Assembly: GCA_045640025.1 (NCBI GenBank)
Contig: JAZUEG010000270.1
Coordinates: forward strand, 1-39,520
Reading direction: 5' to 3'
Origin: Bacteroidales bacterium
Lineage (GTDB): Bacteria > Bacteroidota > Bacteroidia > Bacteroidales > UBA3824
Length of the DNA stretch: 39,520 bases
Shown here: positions 8,938-18,700 of the stretch, in pieces
Numbering within the stretch: the stretch's first letter is position 1
How the letters are laid out: each line of letters opens with the position of its first letter
Translations under genes and position numbers: made by a program
The notes under the pieces: generated by a model
What the model was told of the DNA's origin: nothing
The model's input: only the letters and a program-made list of their open reading frames with translations
Databases searched by the model: none

Positions 8938-10875
8938 TTAGTCATCAGCTCCCTGCTCCGATATTATTACGGTCTCTATTACGGCGCATCCGTTTTTGTC
9001 GACAAGCTTCACCGAATAGCTGCCCGGTTTCAGGCGCTCTATTATCGGAGTCTTCTCCTTGCCGTTCAGGGTTATGGTGTATGGGGCCACACCGCCGTTG
9101 GGCACCACGTTTATCTTGCCATTGCCGGCGCCGTGAGCTGATACATGGCTTACATCGCACCTCATGGTAAGTTCTATAGTGGGAGCTGATACAGTAAACG
9201 TATTAGCTGCCATACACTGACTGCGGTCCTTTACGGTAACCTTGTATGTTCCGCTGGATAGGTGCGATATGTCGCGCGAATCCTGGTCGGTATTCCATGA
9301 ATAAGTGTATCCGGGATTTCCGCCCGATACTTTCAGTGAAATCTGTCCGTCGTTGCCGCCGGTACAGGTCACGTTTTTCACCTCGCCCTCCACCAAGAGA
9401 GGCTTTTCGGGCTGGTGGACCTCGGCCGACCTCACTATCTCGCATCCCCAGCTGTCCACGGCCTTCATGGTATATGTGCCGGCCATTACATTATCCACCT
9501 CCTGCCCCACCAGCGAATCGTTGAGCCAGAACTTGTAAGGCTTGTCGCCGCCCGATACTGCGAATGTGAGCGCGCCGCGGGGCTGTCCGTGGCATGGCGA
9601 GTGGTAGACCTCGGGGCTGAATGTGAACGGAATCTTGGGCGCGGTAATCTCCACCGAATCCCAAGTGTAGCACCTGTTGGCATCGCGCACTACACATCCG
9701 TAAACACCTGTTCCCTGGTTCACGATTTCGGGAGCCTCGGTCTCATCGCTCCATATTATATAATAAGGTGCTGTGCCGCCTGTAACATTGGCCTTTAGGT
9801 ATGCGTCGTGTTCGGCATAGCAGCGGATGTTCCTGTAATCGATCTTGAGGCTCAGCTCGCTCTCGGGCTCGCTGATAGTAACACTCTGTGTCATAGAGTT
9901 TCCCTTGCAGTCGGTTACAGTTACGGTGTATTGGCCAGCTGATAGGTTGTCTATCTTGGCGGTCTTCTTGCCGTTGCTCCATAGATACTTGTAGTCGGGA
10001 GTGCCGCCGGTAACTACGGCCTTGGCTGTACCGGTGCTCTTGCCGTGGCATTTCACGTCTTCCTTCTCGATGGCCAGTTCCATGGGAGCGCGGTACTGAT
10101 ACCTGATGTAGCGCACATTGTCGTAGATATCGGCCTCGGCTTCCAGCACGGCTATTCCGCCACCCTTGGCAAACCAGCGGTAATATACGGCATTGGTCTT
10201 GCTGCCGAACTCCGGGGCGGGCCTCCAGCCCATCATGTGCGAATTCTTGTATGCCACCATCCTCTTATTCACGGTATTGCGCTCGCGCAGGGCCATGTAT
10301 GTCTCCTGTGGTGTCTTGATGGTCATGCAGGTATCGAAATACGACTCGCTGCTCATATCGAGGTCTATCCTCACCGAATCGGCAAACTGTGTGAGGCCGT
10401 AGCTCGATACGAATTTCTTGCTGATGCTGTCGCTGATGTAGCGGCCCTGCTTGAGCGGAAACTTGTAGAGCACCAGGTCGGTAGGGAATACTATCACCAC
10501 CGCGGCCTTGAGCCCCAGGTAATCGTTGATGAGTCCCTGCATCCTCACCTTCGACGAATCCATGGATATGAACTCCATGTTTTTCTTGGTCTGAAACTTC
10601 ACCAGCTCCGAATTAGGGAACAGATTGCCGTATTTGCTCCTTCGCTTGGAGTAATACCTTACCGTATCGTACGTATCAGGCTTTATATCAGATACATCCC
10701 AACCTCGGCGATTGAGCTCCTGAAGATTGAGCTCGCCCACCCGGTACGTCTTTACGGCATATATGAAACCATCGCCGTCTTTGGCCATATCCGAATAATC
10801 GATCTCTATCTGGGCCGATACATCAGATACTGCCATCAGCAGAAACACAAGCCACAATATATATTTACTACGCAT
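8938..10875 (-). CDS. Secreted SprB-repeat-containing protein
   Basis: Signal peptide; five repeats of the form C.G...G....V.GG..PY...W......L..G.Y.V.V.D..GC in the C-terminal half. Confidence 0.85.
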   Translation of the reverse strand: MRSKYILWLVFLLMAVSDVSAQIEIDYSDMAKDGDGFIYAVKTYRVGELNLQELNRRGWDVSDIKPDTYDTVRYYSKRRSKYGNLFPNSELVKFQTKKNMEFISMDSSKVRMQGLINDYLGLKAAVVIVFPTDLVLYKFPLKQGRYISDSISKKFVSSYGLTQFADSVRIDLDMSSESYFDTCMTIKTPQETYMALRERNTVNKRMVAYKNSHMMGWRPAPEFGSKTNAVYYRWFAKGGGIAVLEAEADIYDNVRYIRYQYRAPMELAIEKEDVKCHGKSTGTAKAVVTGGTPDYKYLWSNGKKTAKIDNLSAGQYTVTVTDCKGNSMTQSVTISEPESELSLKIDYRNIRCYAEHDAYLKANVTGGTAPYYIIWSDETEAPEIVNQGTGVYGCVVRDANRCYTWDSVEITAPKIPFTFSPEVYHSPCHGQPRGALTFAVSGGDKPYKFWLNDSLVGQEVDNVMAGTYTMKAVDSWGCEIVRSAEVHQPEKPLLVEGEVKNVTCTGGNDGQISLKVSGGNPGYTYSWNTDQDSRDISHLSSGTYKVTVKDRSQCMAANTFTVSAPTIELTMRCDVSHVSAHGAGNGKINVVPNGGVAPYTITLNGKEKTPIIERLKPGSYSVKLVDKNGCAVIETVIISEQGADD

Positions 10876-11068
10876 ATATCCCTATTAAAAAGTAATTGAA
10901 TAATCTAAAAAGTTTTTGATATGCGAAATAAACAAAAAAAATCCTAAATTTGCCACTAATTTTCAACAAATGTAAAAAAAACGAAAAAAAATTTCTCCGA
11001 TAGGAAAAAATGAATAATATTTGTATTCAATTGAAAACAAAATACGAATAAAAAAAAGGATATAAAAA

Positions 11069-13069
11069 ATGCGCAGTTTACTCATAGCCACGGCTATTGC
11101 CGCAGCATCATTGGCTGCAAGTCCGGCACTGGCCCAGAACAAGAAAGTCGACAAGGCTCTCACATACTACAACAGTGGGGAGTACACCAAATGCCGCGAC
11201 ATGCTCGTAAAGTATTTCCCAAAAGTGAAAGACCGCCCCACCAAGGGACAGGTATCATTCTACATAGGAGAATGCAGCCGCAACCTAAGCGACTCGCGCA
11301 ATGCGGCGCAGTGGTACCGCAAGGCCGTGCAAAACAAATACTCGAATCCGCTGGCTACTCTCTACCTGGCCGACGCGCTGAAGATGAGGGGCAACTACGA
11401 GGACGCCTCGGTGCAATACAGCGCATATCAGGACCTGATGCCCCAGGACGTAAGGGGCGAGCAGGGAGTAAACGACTGTGAGCAAGCCCTCCAGTGGATG
11501 AAGAATCCCACAAGACACATAGTATTCCCGGCCAGATGGCTCAACGACAAGGAATCGGACTTTGCGCCGTGTTTCGGCACCGACAGCACCACGATATATT
11601 TCACATCGGCGCGCGAGGCCGCTACCGGCAACGTGAAAAACACAAGCTCCGATATGCACTACACCGACATTTTCTATGCCGAGAAAGACAAGAAAGGCAA
11701 ATGGAGCGTGCCGGTGCCAATACAGGGCTCGGTAAACTCATCGTATGACGAGGGTTCGCCGTTTGTAACTCCCAACGGAAACACGATGTACTACACATCG
11801 TGCAAGAACTTCAAGAACCAGTCGCTGGGATGCAGAATATATGTTGCCAGCCTGGAGGACGGCCAGTGGACCAATCCCGAAGAGGTGGTACTGTTCAAGG
11901 ACAGCACCGTATCGGTGGGGCATCCGTGCCTGAGCCCCGACGGCAAGACCCTCTACTTCTCATCAGACTACAAGGAGGGAGGAATGGGCGGCCGCGACAT
12001 CTGGAAATCCACCCGCACCGGCAAGAACTCATGGAGCGATCCTGTAAACATGGGCGCAGATGTAAACACCGCAGCTGATGAGGTTTATCCTTTTGCAGCT
12101 GATGACGGCAGTTTCTACTTCTCATCCAACGGACGCGGAGGCATGGGCGGTCTCGACATTTTCAGGAACTACAAGAAAGACGGACAGACCAAGACCGAAA
12201 ACCTGAAGTATCCGCTCAACTCGGCCGGCGACGATTTCGGCTTCCATCAGTTCAAGAACTATCAGCGAGGCTTCCTGTCGTCAAACAGAGAGGGATCGCG
12301 CGGCGACGATATCTACGGATTCTTCCTCCCTCCTATAGAGGTAAGCATAGAGGGAGTATGCAAAAACGAGGAGACCACCGTGGTGATACCAGATGCGAAT
12401 GTTCAGCTCACAGGATCCGACGGCAATCAGCTGGACACCAAGACCGACAAGAATGGCCAGTTCAGATTCAAGCTCAACGAGAACATCGACTACATGTTTG
12501 TGGCATCCAAGAGCGGATACCTGAAGGGCATCGGCAAGGAGACCACCAAGGGCCTCACCGAGAATACGGTGCTGCATATCGAGATTCTCCTTACTCCTAT
12601 AGCCCAGGTAGTTGAGATAGAGAACATCGAGTACGACTTCAACAAGGCCAACCTCCGCGAGGAATCCAAGGTGAGCCTCGATCAGCTGGTGGAGCTGCTG
12701 AATGTAAACAACAACATCACCATAGAGCTGAGGGCAAACACCGACTTCCGCGGCAGCGACGAGGACAACATGAAACTATCGGAGGCGCGCGCGGCTTCGG
12801 TAGTGGAATACCTCGTAAGCAAGGGCATCAACCCCGACCGCCTCTCGTCACGAGGCATGGGCGAGACCAACCCCGTAAAGGTAACCAAGAAGATATCCAA
12901 CAAGTATCCATTCCTGAAGGAGGGCGACGTGCTGAGCGAGGAGTTCATCAACAACCTCTCTACCAATCAGGACAAGGAGATTTGCCATCAGCTGAACCGC
13001 CGCTCCGAATTTGCAGTACTCCGCACCGACTTCCGCGAGCATGGCATCAAGTTTGGCGAGGAGGAATAA
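11069..13069 (+). CDS. porE: PorE-like peptidoglycan-binding protein (TPR + PD40 propeller + carboxypeptidase-regulatory-like + OmpA C-terminal domain)
   Basis: N-terminal TPR helices, PD40 repeats (SPDGKTLYFSSD, YFSSNGRGGMGGLDI), OmpA motifs (IELRANTD.RGS...N..LSEARA.SVVEYL, LNRRSEF). Confidence 0.85.
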   Translation: MRSLLIATAIAAASLAASPALAQNKKVDKALTYYNSGEYTKCRDMLVKYFPKVKDRPTKGQVSFYIGECSRNLSDSRNAAQWYRKAVQNKYSNPLATLYLADALKMRGNYEDASVQYSAYQDLMPQDVRGEQGVNDCEQALQWMKNPTRHIVFPARWLNDKESDFAPCFGTDSTTIYFTSAREAATGNVKNTSSDMHYTDIFYAEKDKKGKWSVPVPIQGSVNSSYDEGSPFVTPNGNTMYYTSCKNFKNQSLGCRIYVASLEDGQWTNPEEVVLFKDSTVSVGHPCLSPDGKTLYFSSDYKEGGMGGRDIWKSTRTGKNSWSDPVNMGADVNTAADEVYPFAADDGSFYFSSNGRGGMGGLDIFRNYKKDGQTKTENLKYPLNSAGDDFGFHQFKNYQRGFLSSNREGSRGDDIYGFFLPPIEVSIEGVCKNEETTVVIPDANVQLTGSDGNQLDTKTDKNGQFRFKLNENIDYMFVASKSGYLKGIGKETTKGLTENTVLHIEILLTPIAQVVEIENIEYDFNKANLREESKVSLDQLVELLNVNNNITIELRANTDFRGSDEDNMKLSEARAASVVEYLVSKGINPDRLSSRGMGETNPVKVTKKISNKYPFLKEGDVLSEEFINNLSTNQDKEICHQLNRRSEFAVLRTDFREHGIKFGEEE

Positions 13070-13114
13070 TTGCCATTAGCTGATACAAAATAAATTTGCC
13101 ATTAGCTGATACAA
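13070..13114 (+). repeat. Direct repeat TTGCCATTAGCTGATACAA x2 (26-bp period), two copies of the iterated motif
   Basis: Identical 19-mers at 13070-13088 and 13096-13114. Confidence 0.95.
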
Positions 13115-13129
13115 TAAAAAAAACAACAA

Positions 13130-13564
13130 ATGATAGACGAAAAGCTAATACGTTTTATCCGCGAGCACCACGTGCTTACACTGGCCACATGCGCCAACGG
13201 ACAGCCGTACTGCTGCAGCTGTTTCTACGCCTACAACGAGGAACTGAACATCTTTGTGGTGAAGACCAACGACAACACCCGGCACAATGCCGAGATAGAA
13301 GCAAACCCTCAGATAGGCGCATCGATAGTGCTGGAGACCAAGGAGATAGGCAAGATACAGGGACTGCAGCTGACAGGCAGGGCCGTATACTACCAAGGCG
13401 ACGAGCTGGCCCCGGCACGAAAGACATACCTGAAACAGTACCCATACGCCATAGCATCGCCGGGAGAATACCTGGCCATAGAGCCCGACTTCATGAAACT
13501 CACCGACAACAGATTCGGGTTCGGCAAAAAGCTGATATGGCGCAGCGGCGAAAACGGGGAATAA
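13130..13564 (+). CDS. Pyridoxamine 5'-phosphate oxidase-like (YhbP/UPF0306) protein
   Basis: FIREHHVLTLAT, PYCCSCFYAY, TRH, IGKIQGLQLTG, KLTDNRFGFGKKLIW. Confidence 0.85.
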   Translation: MIDEKLIRFIREHHVLTLATCANGQPYCCSCFYAYNEELNIFVVKTNDNTRHNAEIEANPQIGASIVLETKEIGKIQGLQLTGRAVYYQGDELAPARKTYLKQYPYAIASPGEYLAIEPDFMKLTDNRFGFGKKLIWRSGENGE

Positions 13565-13594
13565 ATTAAAAATTGCCGGATACAAAATAAAATG

Positions 13595-13602
13595 TATCTT
13601 TG
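13595..13602 (+). promoter_or_regulatory. -7 promoter element TATCTTTG
   Basis: Consensus TAnnTTTG with TTG about 23 bp upstream; precedes the lipoprotein gene. Confidence 0.65.
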
Positions 13603-13678
13603 CAACGTATTCAGCTAATGGGGCCGGCAAGGCTCCAAGATACAGAAACAGAATTATTACACAATAAAACCACACCAA

Positions 13679-14584
13679 ATGAAACTGATATCAAAATCAA
13701 TCGCAACAGCTATCTCGATAGCCGCATTTGCCGCCCTGCAAGCCTGCTCAGGCAACGGTGGCAACAATCAGAACATCACCAACGACCAATTGGACGAAAT
13801 GCAGGAATCGGACGAAATGGAGCAGAGCACATTCTACATGCTGCCATCGCCAGAGGACATATTCGCTTTCTCGGCCGAGAAGATGAAATACTCGTCGGCA
13901 CTGCTCAACCCTACCGACAAGGCAGACTCCTACATGGACATCAAGGCTCAGGAGATCAACTTCGGCGTATACACAGCCGACATGGCCTACGCGGCAGCTT
14001 TCGGCGAATACAACGACGCCGGCAAGTACCTGAAGACCATAAAGGGCGTAAGCTCCAAGCTCGGCCTTGAGTCGATATTCACACAGGCCCTCGCCACAAG
14101 AGTAGACCAGTTCCTATCCAACAAGGACTCGCTGAAGTCGATAGCCAACGACACATACTACGACATCAAGAAATCGCTGGAGAGCCACAACCGCAACTCC
14201 ACAATCGCGCAGATCTCGGCCGGCGGATGGGTAGAGTGCATGTACATAATCACCAACTCGATAGAGAAATTCTCGGAGACCGACCCCAACATCCAGCACA
14301 TAGCCGGCGAGAAACAGGTATTCACCAGCCTGATGCAGAACCTCGAGCAGCTGAAGGACAAGCCCGGCATAAGCGCCACCATCAACGACCTGAAGCCTAT
14401 AGAGGAGGCATACGCACAGCTCGCGTATGAGGACGTGGCTCCTGCAGCCAAGCCTGCCGACGACAACGAGGACGCTCCTATAAAAATTGGCGGCAGCAAG
14501 AAACTGAAAATCACCGAGGACAACTTCAATTTCCTGAAGGAGAAAATAGCCGGTGTACGTCAGGTGCTCACCAACAACAAGTAA
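13679..14584 (+). CDS. Hypothetical lipoprotein (alpha-helical)
   Basis: Lipobox LQAC followed by an acidic linker; host-like codon usage; motifs YMLPSP and INFGVYTADMAYA. Confidence 0.8.
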   Translation: MKLISKSIATAISIAAFAALQACSGNGGNNQNITNDQLDEMQESDEMEQSTFYMLPSPEDIFAFSAEKMKYSSALLNPTDKADSYMDIKAQEINFGVYTADMAYAAAFGEYNDAGKYLKTIKGVSSKLGLESIFTQALATRVDQFLSNKDSLKSIANDTYYDIKKSLESHNRNSTIAQISAGGWVECMYIITNSIEKFSETDPNIQHIAGEKQVFTSLMQNLEQLKDKPGISATINDLKPIEEAYAQLAYEDVAPAAKPADDNEDAPIKIGGSKKLKITEDNFNFLKEKIAGVRQVLTNNK

Positions 14585-14674
14585 TCCGGACAAGCACCAT
14601 AAAAATTGAACCGAAAAAAAATAATCTGAGAGAAACAACGTTTCTAAATACAGAAAGCATAAGATTATTGGAAT

Positions 14675-15268
14675 ATGAAAACACTCAAGAAAATAATATT
14701 AGGACTCGCGATGGCGGCCATGCTGCCCATTGCATCGGAGGCTCAGAACTGCGCAAACTTCTTCAACAACAGGAAGCCAGAGGCCCCATACCGATACAAC
14801 ACCGCTTCCAAGAGCGCCACAGTATGGTCGGGCAAGAAATATGAGTTTGTACTCCCTCTATCGGCCGACAGCGAATACCGTATAAGATTCTACGCCGCAT
14901 CGGTTTTCAACAACGACCTCCAGATAAAGATCGTGGACCTGAACTCCGGCGAGACAGTGGTAGACCTGCCAGGCGCTGTAGAGGAGCCCAAGAAGGGCAA
15001 CACATGCCTCCAGGACTATATGGACACAAAAACCAACAAACTCATCCACCCATACTTCGACTTTGCCCCACAGCAGGCCACATCCATCAAGATAATGATA
15101 GATGTAAAAGACCACATGGAATACGTGGAGGAGCCAATACTCGATGAGGACGGCTACCCAACAGGCGAGATGAAGAAAACCGCCGTTATTCCAGAGGGCG
15201 GCATAGAGCAGGTGAAAGGTTGTTTTACAGTATACGTAGCCGACAAGCCGGGTGAGGCCGCTTGGTAA
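14675..15268 (+). CDS. Hypothetical secreted protein
   Basis: Signal peptide ending ASEA-Q, followed by a terminator. Confidence 0.75.
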   Translation: MKTLKKIILGLAMAAMLPIASEAQNCANFFNNRKPEAPYRYNTASKSATVWSGKKYEFVLPLSADSEYRIRFYAASVFNNDLQIKIVDLNSGETVVDLPGAVEEPKKGNTCLQDYMDTKTNKLIHPYFDFAPQQATSIKIMIDVKDHMEYVEEPILDEDGYPTGEMKKTAVIPEGGIEQVKGCFTVYVADKPGEAAW

Positions 15269-15304
15269 CAGAGCCATTATCACACAATCAACAAAAAAAA
15301 CAAG

Positions 15305-15341
15305 AAGGCGAATCCCAGTCACAAAATGGAATTCGCCTTTT
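15305..15341 (+). terminator. Intrinsic terminator
   Basis: AAGGCGAAT-CCCA ... TGG-AATTCGCCTT followed by T residues. Confidence 0.7.
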
Positions 15342-15351
15342 ATTATTTCAC

Positions 15352-15401
15352 GCCATTAGCTGACAAGGAAAAAAGTATTTTTTATCATATCAGCTAATGG
15401 C
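15352..15401. repeat. Inverted pair of the iterated motif (GCCATTAGCTGA ... TCAGCTAATGGC, 26-bp spacer)
   Basis: Perfect 12-bp arms at 15352-15363 and 15390-15401. Confidence 0.9.
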
Positions 15402-15420
15402 AAAAAAACTGAAAAAACCG

Positions 15421-15690
15421 ATGAAAATATTTCTTCTATACATGCTTGCAATAGGAATAATCGGCGTGATATTCCTGAGGATAGACAAATACAAGGCCAC
15501 CCACGAGAAATGGCGCATCAAGGAGCGCACACTCCACATACTGGAATTCATGGGCGGAATATTCCTGATGCTGCCCGCAATGTACATAATCCGCCACAAA
15601 AACCGCAAGACTTCCTACAACTGGATTTCGTATGCGGCGCTGGTGCTGTGGGTGGCCGGCATAATCTATTTCCTTAAAAATGGTTTTTAG
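15421..15690 (+). CDS. DUF1294 family small membrane protein
   Basis: IDKYKA....WRIKERTLH....GG.......IIRHKNRK. An alternative ATG at 15397 lies inside the iterated motif. Confidence 0.85.
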   Translation: MKIFLLYMLAIGIIGVIFLRIDKYKATHEKWRIKERTLHILEFMGGIFLMLPAMYIIRHKNRKTSYNWISYAALVLWVAGIIYFLKNGF

Positions 15691-15777
15691 AATTATTTAA
15701 AACTTGAAAAACCTTCATTTGCCAAAATTTGTGTATCTTTGCAATCTGAAACCACACACACGCAGGGATACACAAAA

Positions 15778-18700
15778 ATGGATTACAAACAGGAAACATA
15801 CCAACTTGGAATCGACATAGGATCCACAACGGCCAAGATTGTTGTATTCAACAGTCAGGGAGAGATTGTGTACCATCAGTACGGCAAGCATAATACCTAC
15901 ATATACCAGGCACTTACACAGGCGCTCGAAAACGCAAGAAAGAGCCTGGGCAACATTTCTGTATCCTGCGCCATTACCGGAACTGCCGGAATGGGCGTGA
16001 GCGAAAGAAACGGCATCAAGTTCATACAGGAGGTGATAGCGGCCACAAATGTTGTGGAGCTAAAATTCCCTGAGGTTCACACATTGGTGGACATAGGCGG
16101 AGAGGATACCAAAATGATCTTCTTTGAAAAAGGCAAGAGTCCCGACATCCGTATGAACGGCAACTGCGCCGGAGGCACGGGCGCTTTCATAGAGCAGATG
16201 GCGCAACTCCTCAACGTGAGAATAGAGGATATGAACGCGCTGGCCGCCGAGAGCAAGAACCACTACCCTATCGCATCGCGCTGCGGAGTTTTCGCAAAGA
16301 CAGATATTCAGAACCTTTTAGCGAGGAAAGTGGAGAAGGCTGATATCGCCGCATCGATTTTCCACGCCGTGGGAATCCAGACCCTCAACACATTATCGCG
16401 CGGATACGAGGTTTTGCCAAAGGTAATGTTCATAGGCGGACCTCTCACCTTTATGCCCGAACTCCGAGGCAAAATGCTCAAGGCTATGCACCTGACCGAG
16501 CAGGATATGATAATTCCGCCATATTCGGAGTATTTTCCTGCGCAGGGAGCCGCCTACGAGGCCGAGGGTGAGCCTTCGCACTCGCTCGATGAGCTTATAG
16601 AGCAGTTTCAGAAATCACAGAACATCGTAATAGAGCCCAAGGACCGCCTCACTCCCCTCTTCAAAGACGAGGCGGAATATCAGACCTGGCTCAAAGAAAG
16701 AAATATCATCAATCCTCAACGCATTGAGTTGAAGGATTATAACGGCCGTAACCTCTACCTTGGCATCGACTCGGGAAGCACCACGAGCAAGGTGATAATT
16801 ATGGGCGACAATCACGAGATTATCTATTCGCACTACGTGAACAACGGCGGAAACACTCTCGAGAAAATCCACGCCGCGATTAAGGAATTTTTTGTGCAAA
16901 ACAGGACTGTTTTGCAACAAAAAAATCTTGCCATATCCGCATCGGCCGTTACTGGCTACGGCGAGGACCTCGTGAAGGCCGCTCTCGGCATCGACTACGG
17001 CATCGTGGAGACGTTGGCACATTTCAGCGCCGCGCAGTTCCTGAACCCCAAGGTGGATTTCATTATGGATATCGGCGGTCAGGATATGAAGGCAATCTTC
17101 ATCCAGAACGGCGTTATCAACAGAATAGAATTGAACGAGAGTTGCTCGGCAGGTTGCGGAAGTTTCATCGAGACGTTCGCTAAGACGCTTGGCCTCAGCA
17201 CTCCCGATTTCGCGCAGATAGCCTGCACTTCAAACGCGCCCTGCGACCTCGGCACACGTTGCACCGTGTTTATGAACAGCAAGGTGAAGCAGAGCCTCAG
17301 GGAGAACGCCTCGGTGGGCGACATCTCGGCAGGATTGGCCTATTCGGTGATAAAGAATGCCTTGTTCAAGGTGCTGAAACTGAAGAACTTCAACGAACTG
17401 GGCGAGACAATCGTGGTTCAGGGCGGAACATTCAAGAATCCAGCCGTTTACCGTGCATTAGAATTATTGACCGACAAGAAACTTACCTCCACCGAGATCC
17501 CCGAGATGATGGGCGCATTCGGCGCGGCTATCTATGCCAAGACCAAACTCGAACAAGACGGCAAGAACTCTGGAAACTTTGTGGGATTAGACAACATCGA
17601 CAAGGCCCTGGAATACACCAACAAGCAAATACTCTGCAAGGGTTGCGAGAACAACTGCCTTGTTACCTCCTTCAAATTCAACAACAAGCAGACCTACTAC
17701 TCGGGCAACAAGTGTCAGAAGGTTTTCAACAGCAAGGGCGAGAAAGTGGAGAAGGGTGAGAATCTCTTCGCCGTCCGCTACAAAATGCTCTTCGATAGAG
17801 AACAGGCATTGTCTGATACTCCAAGAATGACGATAGCGATTCCCCGTGTGCTCAATCAATACAGCAATTATCCATTCTGGCACGCGCTCTTCACGGCCTG
17901 CAACATCAAGGTATTGCTGACACCGCCCACCACAATGGGAATGTACGAGACCGGAGCGGGAACCATTATGAGCGACAACATCTGTTTCCCGGCCAAGATA
18001 GTGCACGGCCACATAATGTGGGCATTGGAGCAGAAACCCGACAGAATATTCTATCCGATAGTCACTTACGAGAAAAACGAGTTCAAGAACACCGAGAACT
18101 GTTTCAACTGTCCGATAGTATCAGGATACAGCGACGTCATAAAATCGTCGATAGACCCGCAGGAGAAATACGGAATCCCGTTCGACAATCCCGTGGTAAA
18201 CTTCAACGATGAAGAATTGCTATTCAAGACCTGCAAGAAGTACCTGAAATCACTGGAAGTTGAATCGTCTGTGATAAAGAAAGCCTTCAAGTCAGCGGTG
18301 CTCGCCCAAACCGAATACAGATCGCAGATAGCGGTGAAGGCAATGGAGATAATCGAGAACGCCAAAAACAACAACAAACTCCTCGTTGTATTGGCAGGAC
18401 GACCATATCACGCCGATCCGCTCATCAATCAGAAGACTCCCGACATCATAGCCGACCTGGGCGCAAACGTAATCAGCGAGGACTCATTGGCCACTTACCT
18501 CGACGCTATGGAGTTGCAGGTGATTCCGCAATGGGCATATCCAAACCGAATCCTGAACGCCGCGCAATGGGTGGCCCAGCAGGACCAGAACATCACATTC
18601 GTGCAGTTGAACTCGTTCGGCTGTGGACCCGACGCAGTTCTCGTGGACGAGGTTACAGATATTCTGCGAGCATCAGGAAAAAGCAACACAGTAATCCGCA

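Noticed and set aside
13070-13114. Possible mini-CRISPR
   Set aside because: Only two 19-bp units 7 bp apart; they are copies of the dispersed motif.
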